From Leucoraja ocellata (taxonomy: Eukaryota): a stretch of 64,000 nt of DNA. Location: the NCBI GenBank assembly GCA_036785375.1, contig JAWMAR010000049.1, forward strand, positions 1,674,001 to 1,738,000. The letters run 5' to 3'. Shown here piece after piece: positions 52,195 through 64,000 of this stretch (its first letter is position 1; each line of letters starts with the position of its first letter). The position numbers and the translations under genes were made by a program. Below the pieces are notes generated by a model. It was given only the letters and a program-made list of their open reading frames with translations. It searched no databases and was not told the DNA's origin.

Positions 52195-52830
52195 GTGGTT
52201 CAATCCACACACTATGATTCCAACCAAACTCCTTTGTTGATTGATGCAATCATAAAGAAAGCCTATCAACAACTCTACTTCCTTACAAGATTGAGGAAAT
52301 TCAGTATGTCAACAAATACTCTTGAACATCTACTGGTGTACAGTAGGGAGCATATTGACTGGTTGCATCACAGCCTGGTTCAGCAATTCGAACGCCCAGG
52401 AAAGAAGATGATTACAAAAAGTGGTGAACACTTCCCATTCTATCACTGTTACTGACCTCCCCACCATCGAAGGAATCTACAGGAGTCACTGCCTCAAAGG
52501 CCCACACTACCCTGGCCACACTCTCATTTCACCACTGCCATCTGGAAGAAGGTATAGGAGCCTGAAAACTGTAACATCCAGGTTCAGGAATAACTTCTTC
52601 CCTACAGCCTTCCGGCTATTAAACACTACAACCTCCAAATAGGCTCCGAACATTATTTATGACTTTGCATTATTATTGTCTATTTGTCTACGTTATTTTA
52701 TATGTACATTGAACTTTTATTATTTATTATGGGTTTTACAGAGTAAGATGTTTATGTATTTGTTGTGTAGATGCATGCAAGAATTTCATTGTTCCATTTT
52801 GGGACATATGAAAACAAAACTCTTCACTCT
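52195..52830 (+). mobile_element. Rex1/Babar-like LINE fragment
   Basis: IDAIIKKAYQQLYFLTRLRKF, LPSGRRYRSLKTVTSRFRNNFFPTA. Confidence 0.85.
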
Positions 52831-53138
52831 TGATCACCCATATTAATACCTACAGCAAATGATATTAACCACTGCAGTTACCGACTTTGTTTCAACAGCA
52901 GCATCACCAAATCCATTGACCCCAGGATAAGTCATAGCTCACTCCCGTGTAAACACTAGGAGAATTAAGGGAAATTAAAAAAATAGAAAAATCTCAGTCT
53001 TTGGAGAATTAAAAAACTCTCCAAAACAGTAATATGACATATAGTTTTCCAATTAATATTAGAGTAATTTTACCTCCTAATTCCTCCAATCAGCCTTGCC
53101 CTGTGCGTGGATAATTGGGATATTTATATTCTAGTACA

Positions 53139-53329
53139 AAAAAAAGATACAAAGTGGTGGAGTAACTCAGCAGGTCAGCAGGATCGCTGGATAACATGAA
53201 TAGGCGACATTTCAGGTCGTGAGATACCCATCACCTACCCATGTTCTCCAGAGATGATGCCTGACCTGCTGCGTTACTCCAGCACTTTGTGTCTTTTTTT
53301 GTAAAGCAGCATCAGCAGTTCCTTGTATC
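53139..53329. mobile_element. Penelope-derived hairpin mini-element
   Basis: TSD tata(t/c)tctagtaca at 53125 and 53330. Confidence 0.8.
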
Positions 53330-54474
53330 TATACTCTAGTACAGCGCCACTGAAAAATTCCCTATGATCCTTACCATAAAAGGCGTTGATTACTGGAGAC
53401 ATCTCCAAAGGAATGAACAATCCAGTGACGATCAGCTCATCCCCTGCTCTGGGGAACACATTATTATGGGCATCCTTCCCTTTCAGAAGAATTTGCATGT
53501 GTTTGGGCACCATCTAGGGGTAGTGAACTGTAAGTTGAAGAGTGATGTAGATACAAGGAACTGCAGATGCTGGAATCTTGCACAGAACAGTGCTAAAGGA
53601 ACTCAGCTGGCCAGACAGAAGGGTCCCAACCCAAAACGTCATCTGTCCATGCCCTCCAAAGATGCTGCCTGACCCACTGAGTTACTCCAGCATTATGTAG
53701 TCAATGTGGGTGAATGTTGTTGTTCCTGCTGCAATTCTGCCCCCTCTTTTCATGCTACAAGATGGGACAAATCAAGACCTGACAGTCTTCAAATGTGTTT
53801 CTAAATTGTGGATAGAACAAAATAACTATTGACTCAATTGGTTAAGTGTCATGAAGTAAATATTAATACAGCATGGAACAGCACAGGAACAGGCTTTTCG
53901 GCCCACAATGGCCATGCCAAACATGATGCTGTTAAATTAATTTATTCTACATGCACGTGATCCATATCCCTGCATATTCATGTGCCTATCTAAAAACATC
54001 TTCAATGCCACTATCCTATATCTGGTGGCCTCCACCACCATCCCTGGCAGCACACTCCACGCACCCTCACGCTGTATATATTTAAAAAAAAACAGAAGCA
54101 TTCATAAAAAGCAAAAACATTCATCAGGAATTTAATTATCAAAGAAAAATTAGTTTGAAACCATTTACTGCAACCCACTCTCATTTTGGACTACCTTACA
54201 ATTTTGTATACTGTATACTTTCAGTATTAATCTTTTTCCCCCTAAACTTAAAGATGAATAAAAAATGTTTACAACTTACAAGGGTTTGGAGTTTAAAAGA
54301 TTAGTTTAATCCTTCAGGATAAATTGCAAAAGCCATTGGGAATATGTATTTTAGTAATAAGAAGCATATATCTAATAGTCCTAAAAAGAGTATTTCTGAA
54401 AATATCAAGGCGTAATTTTTCTTATAAAAGTTAACAAAATCTGATCTTCGCTAAAAGGAAGTGACAGTTCTTAC

Positions 54475-54518
54475 CTTCGTGGTTGGGATCTGCGTTCTTC
54501 GTCTACGCTGTCTGCCTC
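54475..54518 (-). CDS. ssh2: Slingshot homolog 2 coding exon (canonical exon 2; EADSVDEERRSQPR-S)
   Basis: 44 nt between ttgcag| and |gtaaga on the minus strand. Resembles vertebrate SSH2 EADSGEEECRSQPRS. The phase-2 end AG joins T of the 10944 exon to give Ser. Confidence 0.92.
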
Positions 54519-54574
54519 CTGCAAGATTTTAAAAACAAAGTCAGAACAAGTAATAAAAACAACTTTTTTTAAAA

Positions 54575-54885
54575 ATTACCCGTCCATCAAGTCTACTCCA
54601 GCATTCAATCATGGCTGACCTCCTAACCCCATTCTCCCCATAACCCGACACCAGTACTGATCACAAATCTATCTATCTCTGCCTTCAAAAATATTAATTT
54701 ACTTGGCCTCCACAGCATCCTGTGGCAAAGAATTCCAGATTCACCACCCTCTGGACTAAATAAATTCCTACTCAGCTCCTTCCTAAAGGAACATTATTTA
54801 ATTCTGAGGCTATGACCTCTGGTCCTAGACTGTCCCACAATGGAAACATCCTCTGCACATCCACTCTATCCAAGTCTATCACTAT
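54575..54885 (-). mobile_element. CR1 3' fragment
   Basis: Homologous to 15630-16000. Confidence 0.75.
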
Positions 54886-55833
54886 TCATAATATAATAAC
54901 TGAGGAATTAAGCATTCAGGCCACAAGGGTTGTTTTGCAGTAACAATTATCACATTATGAAAATGACCTGCTATTAAATGCAACATAACTTTCCACTGTG
55001 AGGTTTCTGGCAACAAAAATCAACAAGTTGTTTTTTGTTTTTTTAATTACAGAAAATGCTGTGAAAAAAGACACAGCATCTGTGGCAAGTGAAGCGGTTA
55101 ACGTTTCAGGTCTGAGGCCTTTCATCAGGTCTGGCCCTCCAGCATTTAGTTGATTTATTTCTGATCTCCTGCACCTGCAGTTCTTTTGATTGTCATTTTT
55201 ACAAGGCCAATGAGAGCACACATTGTCTACCATGAGCAATGAGTTATGTCGGAATGTCAAGCTGTTGGGCTTGATGTTAGCAACACTGCGTGCAATAAAC
55301 ACTGGAAAATCTGGCAGCAAATTCTGGATGATTGTCATTTGACGCAGAGTACAGGAACACCAAGTTCATGCGGGGAAGACAAGCAGTAGAACCACATTTA
55401 AATATTCTGCAAATCAAAAGTAGAAATCAGATTACTCTCTTAAATGCCAAGTTCTTGCATCATAAATCATTTATCACTTCCTAACCGCATCCCACATTCC
55501 AGCCCAAATGTTTGATATTCTTGTCCAACAGAAGCAACTTCTCCAACTTTTGTCCTCAGTAGCATTTTATATCCCAGCTCCTGCCAATCTGGACCACCAT
55601 CTTCCCCCCATTGTCCCAGTGCAACGTACTCTACCACAGAAGCCCCAACATGACAAGAGAATCACCTTACTTTCACTACATACCTCACAGTTCCTCTTCT
55701 TCACCAGTCCCCTTATCTACCCATCCTCCTTACACGAGACTGAGAGAAGAACACAATGAATCCTAGACTACCGCATATATTATTTACTGGGGGCAACAGT
55801 TTCATTTTCTTTCTGATCACACACCCCCATATC

Positions 55834-56360
55834 ATAGAAACATAGAAAATAGGTGCAGGAGTAGGCCATTCGGCCCTTCGAGCCTGCACCGCTATTCAAT
55901 ATGATCATGGCTGATCATCCAACTCAGTATCCTGTACCTGCCTTCTCTCCATACCCCCTGATCCCTTTAGCCACAAGGGCCACATCTAACTCCCTCTTAA
56001 ATATAGCCAACAAACTGGCCTCAACTACCTTCTGCGGCAGAGAATTCCAGAGATTCACCACTCTGTGTGAAAAATGTTTTCCTCATCTCGGTCCTAAAAG
56101 ATTTCCCCTTTATCCTTAAACTGTGACCCCTTGTTCTGGGCTTCCCCAACATCAGAAACAATCTTCCTTCATCCAACCCCTTAAGAATTTTGTAAGTTTC
56201 TATAAGATCCCCCCTCAATCTTCTAAATTCTAGCGAGTACAAACCAAGTCTATCCAGTCTTTCTTCATATGAAAGTCCTGACATCCCAGGAATCAGTCTG
56301 ATGAACCTTCTCTGTACTCCCTCTATGGCAAGAACGTCTTTCCTCAGATTAGGAGACCAA
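55834..56360 (-). mobile_element. CR1 (HER1-like) 3' fragment
   Basis: LSYEERLDRLGLYSLEFRRLRGDLIETYKILKG…TRGHSL. (tttctatg)n tail. Confidence 0.9.
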
Positions 56361-56728
56361 ATCTTATCTTTAGAACTATAGAATAATTTATATTAATCAT
56401 TTGAACTTGTTCCCACTTTTTTCCCCAGTAACAAATATAAGAACAAAGACTTCAATAGCAAGAGCAGCAGCCTGCTCTGGTTACCACTAGATGGTAGCAC
56501 AATAAAAAGCAACATTTTCCATCCACTTGTTCATAAACATCTCACCTCAGTAACAAGCAATTATAATTTCTGCGCAAGTCCCTTGGCCTGTTATATTTGA
56601 CCCAGTGCATTGAAATTTGCTATTCTAAAACTAATTAACAAATATTTTCTTCATGCCTTTAGTTTTTCTGCTAGCATTTGTCCAGTTCCTTTGTGTTCTG
56701 ATGAAGAGCTTTCAGCTTGAAATGTTAA

Positions 56729-57026
56729 GGAAGGAACTGCAGATGCTGGTTAACATCAAAGACAGACACAAAATGCTGGAGTAACTCAGTGGGACAGGCA
56801 GCATCTCTGGATAGAAGGAATGGGTGATGGATCACTTTTGTTGCGTGCCAACTCGTCAGCAGAAAGACAAGGAGTGAATTGCACTGGGACAGTGAAGGGA
56901 AGATAATGTTCCTGATTGGCAGGAGTTGTGTCATCAACAGTTGGAGGAGTTGCTTCTGTTGACTCATTCCTTCGATCCAGAAATGCTGCCTGTCCCGCTC
57001 TTACTCCAGCATTCGGTGTCTTTCTT
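56729..57026. mobile_element. Penelope hairpin element with captured sequence in the loop
   Basis: Perfect 15-bp TSD agcttgaaatgttaa (56714-56728, 57027-57041). Non-PLE insert ~56830-56963. Confidence 0.85.
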
Positions 57027-57134
57027 AGCTTGAAATGTTAATTGTGTTCCTCGTTCCATGGAGATGCCTGGCCCGCCAAGAGATTCCAGCATTTATTTTT
57101 TCAGATTTCCAGAAACCATAGTTCTTTGTTTCTC

Positions 57135-57924
57135 TGCATTCGCAGAGATTATCCGAATTTGGACTACTCCAAATGTGATGATCTACAGGACAATCTTAAT
57201 GGGAAAGTAGTGGGCAGAAAGACATGTCACGCGTGGTTTGAAGAGCAAAAACTCGTAGTTTACAATGCCAAAATTGAAAAGTTGAGGAAAAACAAGGTGT
57301 ACAGAGTTGCTTATTGGTTACAATCTGAGGAGTATGATGATGCTACTGATTGTGATATGCCAATGTACCAGCTAGCAACTGATCTTTTCCATAAAGACTT
57401 GGTCTTTTGCTAGAAATTGTAATTTCTTTACCTATCGGTTGCGGACTCACAGCATATAATACAATAATATTAAAGTATCACATTTTTGAGAATATCACAT
57501 TTTTGAATTTTCAAGGCAGTCTGGATGTTTATTACTATTTCCGTCACAAGGGTCAATTTTGTAATTAGCTACAATTAGGTAACTAACTAATTATATTATT
57601 TAATTTCAGGTCATCCAAGTAAGATGTTTCATATTTGTTTCAGAATGCTTTAATCTATAATATCTGAAAATTTCATTCAGTTCTCTTAATTTTTAAGAAA
57701 GTTATGGTCTTTTGACTGTCCTCGATCACAGCTTTTGTATTAAGGCAATGGAAAAGCAATAGGGAACGTGATGCTAATTTCCGAGTATGAAAATGGCCAT
57801 AACTTTTTTAATACTGAAGATACGAAAGTGAATTAGGTATCAAATTAAAGTTATTTTTATGCTCTGATGGGATAAATTACAGGCTTGATTTTTTTAAATC
57901 TCAAAATTTTGTAACATTCCCACT
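57135..57924 (+). mobile_element. Probable DNA-transposon remnant: ORF C-terminus plus AT-rich end
   Basis: Stop-free frame to TAG at 57413, followed by an AT-rich tract with inverted aaagttatgg/ccataacttt motifs. Superfamily not identified. Confidence 0.45.
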
Positions 57925-58629
57925 ATAAGGAAACCTCCGTCAATCGGGTCACTCGATAAATGAAGTGACATGTCCCGATGTCTACCTCCAAGTAGCTCTG
58001 TGTCAATTGTGATGAATTGCTTTGAAGGAATGATAATGGCCCATATTTGTGCCATCCTTGACAATCTCAACCCCCTGTAATTTACCTACAGTATACATAA
58101 CTGCATTTCTCAGCTGTTTCCACCAGAACTTGCACAGGATAAAGTTGGCAGCATCGAGACACCAAATGTTCAAATAGACACCAAAGTCTGGTGCAAAAAC
58201 AAAACACTGCTGAAGGAAATGCAGGTCACACAAATGAATAGACCTTGTTCCAGGACGGGACTGTTGTTTAGTCTTCACAGTTGCTGCCTGCGCCGCTGAG
58301 TTCCTCCAGCAGTTTGTGTAAGATTTCAACATCTGCAATCTCTGTCCCTCCAAATTATTGGACTGCAGATTTGGTGTTTTTGCTGCGGTCCCTTTAAAGA
58401 CAGGAACACACATAGTTTGGCTGTCGGGCAACAGCCTGCAGGCATTTTATATTGGAACACTAGAGGTGCTCCTTAGTGCTATTTGCCATACAAGGTATTG
58501 TTTGGCATTTTAAACAACACCATAAATACCAGGAATGGAATATGCAACAGTACCTCCTTAACTGCAGTACAGTAAATCACAAACAGAAGAATGAATCCAA
58601 AGTCTGTCAACCTGCAGGTTTATGGACTC

Positions 58630-59950
58630 ACTCAGCACAGAAACAGGCCCTTCAGCCCACCTTTTTGCCAAACTCCCATTTGCTCGCACTACGAGTTTTA
58701 TACCCATCTATGCTTTGCCCACACAAGTGCCAGTCTCGAATCTTTCTCACGGTGATTGTATCTAACTCCACCACATCATCACACAGCGAGTTCCAAATAC
58801 AAAAAAAGATAAATCTTTACCCTCAGACCCACTTTCAAACTCCTTCCTCTCTCCGTAAGCATGTAGCCCCTTGGTTTTGGTACTCTTATCCTGGGAATAA
58901 TATTCTGACTATCGACCGATCTGTACTCAACTTTACATACCTATATGGCAACATTCCTCATCCTCCTTCACTCTCAGCAAAATAAATCTCCATCAATCTC
59001 TCCCCATAATGAAAGTTATTCAATCCAGACAACATCCTGGGTGTGTCTCTTCTGCATGCTCCAGTGAACTACATTCTCCTCTAATCTGGCGACTAGAATT
59101 GCAGTCTAACCAATGTGGTAAAGCTGCGACAATATGTACCAACTTTTATTCCATGCCCCATCCAAGGAAACAAGCACGCCGTGCCTTCTCCACCAGAGAT
59201 GCTGCTTTCAGTGAACTCTGATCTTCAAGTTCCCTCTAGTTACTAACATTTCGTATCCCCCTACCATTTACCGTATATCTCTCTTATCCATATTTGACTT
59301 TCCAAAATACATCACCTCACACTTGTCAGGATTAAATGGTGTATAGCCTTTGCACTGGCAAACTTTCCATCTGACCTATTTCTATCATAGCCCCAAGACG
59401 AGCTTCCTTCTTATCCATAGCACCACCAATTTTCTTGTCAACTGCACACTTACTAATCATACCTTCTATATTCACGTAAATTCACTAATATAAAGTCACA
59501 AACAAACGCAATCAAATCAGTGAAACATGATGTCCCTACAAAAAGCTACGCTATCAATGATCAGCCTCTGTCCAAATATACATAAATCCTATCCAAGAAT
59601 TTCTCTAATAATCTGCCTACCATTGAAGCAAGCTTCCACAGCCTGTAGCTACCTGGCATATCTCAGCTACCCTTCCTAAAGGAACAATATTAGCTATCCT
59701 GCAGTCTTCTAACATGCTGCCCCTGGCTACAAGGATTTAAAATCCTCCATCAGGGCTGTGGCTCTCTCCTCCCTTGCTTCCTATAGCAACCTGGGGTAGA
59801 TCATACCTGACCCAGGGGATTTATCAACCCCGAGGCATCTCATAACGTATAACACCTCTTTCTCCCCAATACTAACACACTCTAGGATGTCCACATACCC
59901 CATCTTGAGCCCACTACCTTCCATGTCCTTCTCTTTATTGAATACAGATG
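58630..59950 (-). mobile_element. Old CR1 ORF2 remnant
   Basis: Minus-strand DKSPG..MIYPRLL, PGSYR and GMISKCAVD (degenerate KFADD) motifs. Confidence 0.7.
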
Positions 59951-62900
59951 AAAAGAGAAGGATTAATTGAGTTGGGATGGGTTGATTTGGTCAATTACTG
60001 GAACATCTTGATTTGCCGTTAGCTTCAGAACAGTGGATGAATAATAAATAAGCAATAGTGCCAGATGAGTTAATATTATGTTTGTCTATTCACTACTCAG
60101 TAATGTGTTAAACATACTGACATTTACTATGGCATACAGTCATTTAGATTTTCACTATAATTGCTGAATGCAATAATGTTGGGACCAGCTTGGTTGTCAT
60201 GGACAAGTTGGGCTAAAGGGGCTGTTTACATGCTGTATAAAACTCTATGACTCTACTGAATACAAATCAAACTTAACAATCATGCATTACCATTTTCAGT
60301 CTCCGTAGCCAAAATAAGGGTTAATCTCGAGTACCTCTCCCCCAAGTAACAAAATGAAGCAATTATGCTTTTGTAATGGAAAATATGCATTAAAACCTGC
60401 CAATCCATATGCTGTTTAAGATGCTTAGAGATGACAATTAGGGTGAAGGCAAATGCTTCATGAAGATTTCAACATATGAAGATATTTCATGTGAATTAAT
60501 GTGTAGTTTTTCCAAGATTTCTTTTTGCATCGGGATAAAAACACATTTTCCCAAAACTGCATTGCTGAAAACTAACTCACTCTATGGTAGAGAGGAAGAG
60601 AAAGGTGTGGAAATGAATCAGACTGTTCAGTAAATTCACAATTCTAGAAACAGAACATTTCTATTCATCATAGATTTTTATTTTATTTTGTTTTATAGTG
60701 CCATCCCCATATTAACCACCTTCTTCCACAATTCATTTTCAACATGGCAATGCCTTTCTGACAAACACTCAGCACTACGTCCCCAAGGAACTGCTCGTCA
60801 CTTTGGCTCCTCTTAGCTCCCAGGCACCAGCTGCTTTGTTTTGTCTGTCAGCCTTTACATTACAAAAAAAAAATACTTAGCTAAAAGTGATCAAAAAGCT
60901 AGGAGATTTAAAAAAAAAACTGACAATCGCAACCCCAATACACTTGCACACCAATCAAATTAATTGAAGCAACATTAAAACTAAATAGAATAAGTTATAG
61001 CAACAGAATTGTATGAATTAAATTAGAATGCAGTTTACAATGACAAGCTATTCAATTCAGATCACTGGAACGATTTAATAAAAGTGTTTTATCCCTTTAT
61101 CCCAGATATTTTCCTCTTTTTCCTGATGTACAGATCCTTGTGTGGTTTTGGGCACAGATGCCAGATGCTTTCTGGCAATTCTCTCAAGAGACTGTTACTC
61201 GTGTGAAGCATGAAATTTCATTCTGCAGCTTATTGAAACAGAGGTGGCATCACGTCAAATTGTGATCCTTTTCTTCTTGCCAACCACATTAACATCTTAA
61301 CCCAAGCATAATGAGTCTAGCCTTACCATTCTCATCACCACAACCCCTGCCATCAATTAACTTCTTAATTTAGAAAAAATGGTTCGAAATCAGACTTGCT
61401 ACATCCGATCCAGCGTAATTACTAGCCTTTAAAAAAATACCGATTAAAAAAAAAATGAAACCACATTGAAAGAACTGGATTTTTAACACCAACTTAATGA
61501 CCAATCTTTTTATCCAGTGTGCCCACATAGTCTAATCACTTCCGATTAATAAAGTTAGCAAACAAGAGAACATCATGTCATTTTTAAAATTATATAAGTT
61601 CAACAGTTAGACAATCATTCCTAACGTGTTCAAATGTTCCCCAGCAAAAATACTATTGGTGATTCACTCCTGCCTTCTGATGGTCAACAGCGAAATTGCT
61701 GCATTTTAAATTAATTGAAATTGTATGAGCAAACTATTTTTTTTATTAGCATCACAAAATGCATGCAACCTCTGCCTATCTTTAGTCTATTGGAATTCTT
61801 CCATCCATAGTGCTATTTAAAAAAAAAAAAAAAAAAAAAATTAAATTAAAATAAATGATGGTCTAGGTTGCTTCCCCCTGCAGCTGCCAGATTCACATCC
61901 TCTGCAACTTCCAGCCTGAACCTTGTTGTTGCACCACTGCTGTGAACCCATAACATGTTTCTCAGCTTTATCTTCAAACGCCTCTGTAAACACACTTTGA
62001 CCAAGCTACTATCTCCCCTACTAACTATCTGCTCCAACCTGGCAATAGCATGAATTTTGTGCATAAGAAGTTTGTTTTAAATGAGAAAAGCAAATAAATG
62101 TTTATTGTTTCTATAGTGTTGGCATTAAAAATGGCAGATTAAAACTCGAACCTTCCTCAGCAAACCATATCCTGTTCAGCAAAGCAAATACACAAGGCCA
62201 GTTCATTTACTCCTGTCCTCAATAACATTAAGGCAATGTACCCAGTAGCCTTGAAATTCAAAGATAAAAATATTTTAAAATTTGATTTCCAATTCTTAGC
62301 CCCCATCATTGCCCTCTATTTCACCCCACCAACGTCCCCTCGTTCTCAGAGTCTGCTCTCTCATGCAACCCCTCCATAAATCTCCTTGACTTTCCAGATG
62401 GACTTTGAGCCAGCTTCTGCTCCATAAGCCACCGATAACCCCGGACACAAAGCACCATATCTATTGTAGCTCCAAGTCTCCAGTGAGACAACCTGAAAAT
62501 GTTCATCTTCACCTACAATCCCGTTCTAACTTCATTGGAATTTTAATGATGGTCTCTATATCCTCCGTGAATGTCTGTCTCCTCTTTCCACATATAGTCT
62601 GCCTGTCCATCTCCTTGATTACGTGCTTTTGTACTTTCTTCCAGAGGCGTCTGTCCTTACAATTAAATACCTTTTTCTCTCCAACTTTACTAATTGTTTT
62701 CATTTTAGAGAGAAACCATATATTAAAGGGGCCCTTCAGCTTCCCAAGTCTGCACAATCATCAAACACTCGTTTACACTAAAGCGACTCAAACCCATTTT
62801 GTTTTCATCTGCCTAATATTTATTTTCTTGCTGCAATACACCTTGTGGCATCTTCAATGGAGAGCTATAAAATGGTTGTTTGATGATCTATTACCTTTAA

Positions 62901-63819
62901 CTAGAACAAAAAGGTAAATGAATCCCATTTCTGTTACAAGCAAGATAGTTCTATTTAGGCACTATAGGTATAGCATCAGTCTTAGAGTTCCAGTTTACAC
63001 CACGAGGCATTTTGGATTGTAGTTCCACTGTTTTATTTTAAAGCCATAAATATCTACAGTGAAAGGGGACTAAAATTTCATGAGAAATAAATCCTAATCA
63101 AGGGATTCCAATCAATGTTTTAGTCTTGGATTACTTTTAATTTTGGAAAAAACTCTGGCCAATATAAATATATTGGAACAGAGAAACTAATGAACAGTTT
63201 GTATACAGATCAGGTCAGAAAAAAAAACCCCATAGCTGTAAACATTTCAAAGCAAACAGGTCTAATGATTGAAAAAATAAATAAATATAATCTTACACAG
63301 GATCAATAACTTAATTTACCAGCCAGATTAATCCACTACTTTTTTCCCTTTGCTTCCTCAAGTTGCCAATACTGTTTGAAACATGGAGCTGTTCCTTTCA
63401 GAGATTAATAAGGAGTAGGGATAAGAAGACAATACAGGTAGGTTCTGCTACTCATTTTATCATGTATGAAAACTAACCTCACAATTATGAGCTATAGTTA
63501 TTAAAGCATGACTAAAATTGTGTTCAATTTTTATCTGACCCGATTCATAACTAGATTTATGTTCAAAGAACACCTTTGGCAATGACATCCTAGAGCACAA
63601 TATCCAAAATGTTTGGCATAGGATCCATAATAGTGTATGTTGTCATTCTATTTAATCATATTTTACACAATAGCGGATCCAACTTTACTGAAATATTCAT
63701 ATGACCGCACCAGAGCAGGTGGGCCTTTCCTTTACCCAGGTGGCCAGCGTAAGGTCCTTTGCATTTTTGAATAATGATAAATACATAGTAGTAAATGCTG
63801 TGTGGGAAGGAACCGCAGA

Positions 63820-63975
63820 TGCTGGTCTACACCGAAGATGGGACACAAAATGCTGGAGTAACTCGGCTGTAGAGACTACATTTCAGGAGAGAAGGAATGG
63901 GCAAAGTTAAGGGTTGAGACCCTCCTTCAAAGTCTGAAGAAGAGTCTCAACCTGAAATGTCACCAATTCATTCTT
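63820..63975. mobile_element. Degenerate Penelope hairpin element
   Basis: pLTR arm plus inverted ctgaagaagagtctcaacctgaaatgtc. Confidence 0.7.
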
Positions 63976-64000
63976 TAGTGCTAAAAGCTGTTGTTCTCCA

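Noticed and set aside
54519-64000. ssh2 exon 1 (MALVTVQRSP…)
   Set aside because: Not found by eye, so it probably lies beyond 64000. ORFs at 61846-62917 show no recognisable homology.

Overview
Vertebrate genomic DNA, almost certainly a cartilaginous fish, probably a skate or ray (HE1/V-SINEs, HER1-type CR1 LINEs, abundant Penelope-like elements). The window lies inside the 5' part of a minus-strand Slingshot phosphatase gene (ssh2). Four constitutive coding exons (54475-54518, 10841-10944, 6155-6219, 557-675) splice in frame to EADSVDEERRSQPRSISESFLTVKGAALFLPRGNGSTASRINHRRNKHAGDLQQHLQAMFTLLRPEDNIRLAVRLESVYMDLTRYMVVVSTNGRQDTDESIVLGMDFYKD. An alternative first coding exon (31215-31342) with its own GC-rich promoter sits inside the 43.5-kb intron. 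I did not find exon 1 in the window. The introns are packed with CR1, Rex1/Babar, L2, V-SINE, Tc1, hAT and Harbinger elements. The most notable signal is a large set of short Penelope-derived elements with minimal hammerhead-ribozyme cores, an asymmetric hairpin architecture and 11-16 bp TSDs. Two of them hold inverted copies of DNA from 1-3 kb away, which suggests local template capture. Also seen: a probable transposon ORF remnant with a Spindlin (Spin/Ssty) Tudor-like motif, and a consensus CTCF site at a retroelement end. Most ORF-track entries are spurious or TE-derived. Repeat boundaries are read by eye and approximate.
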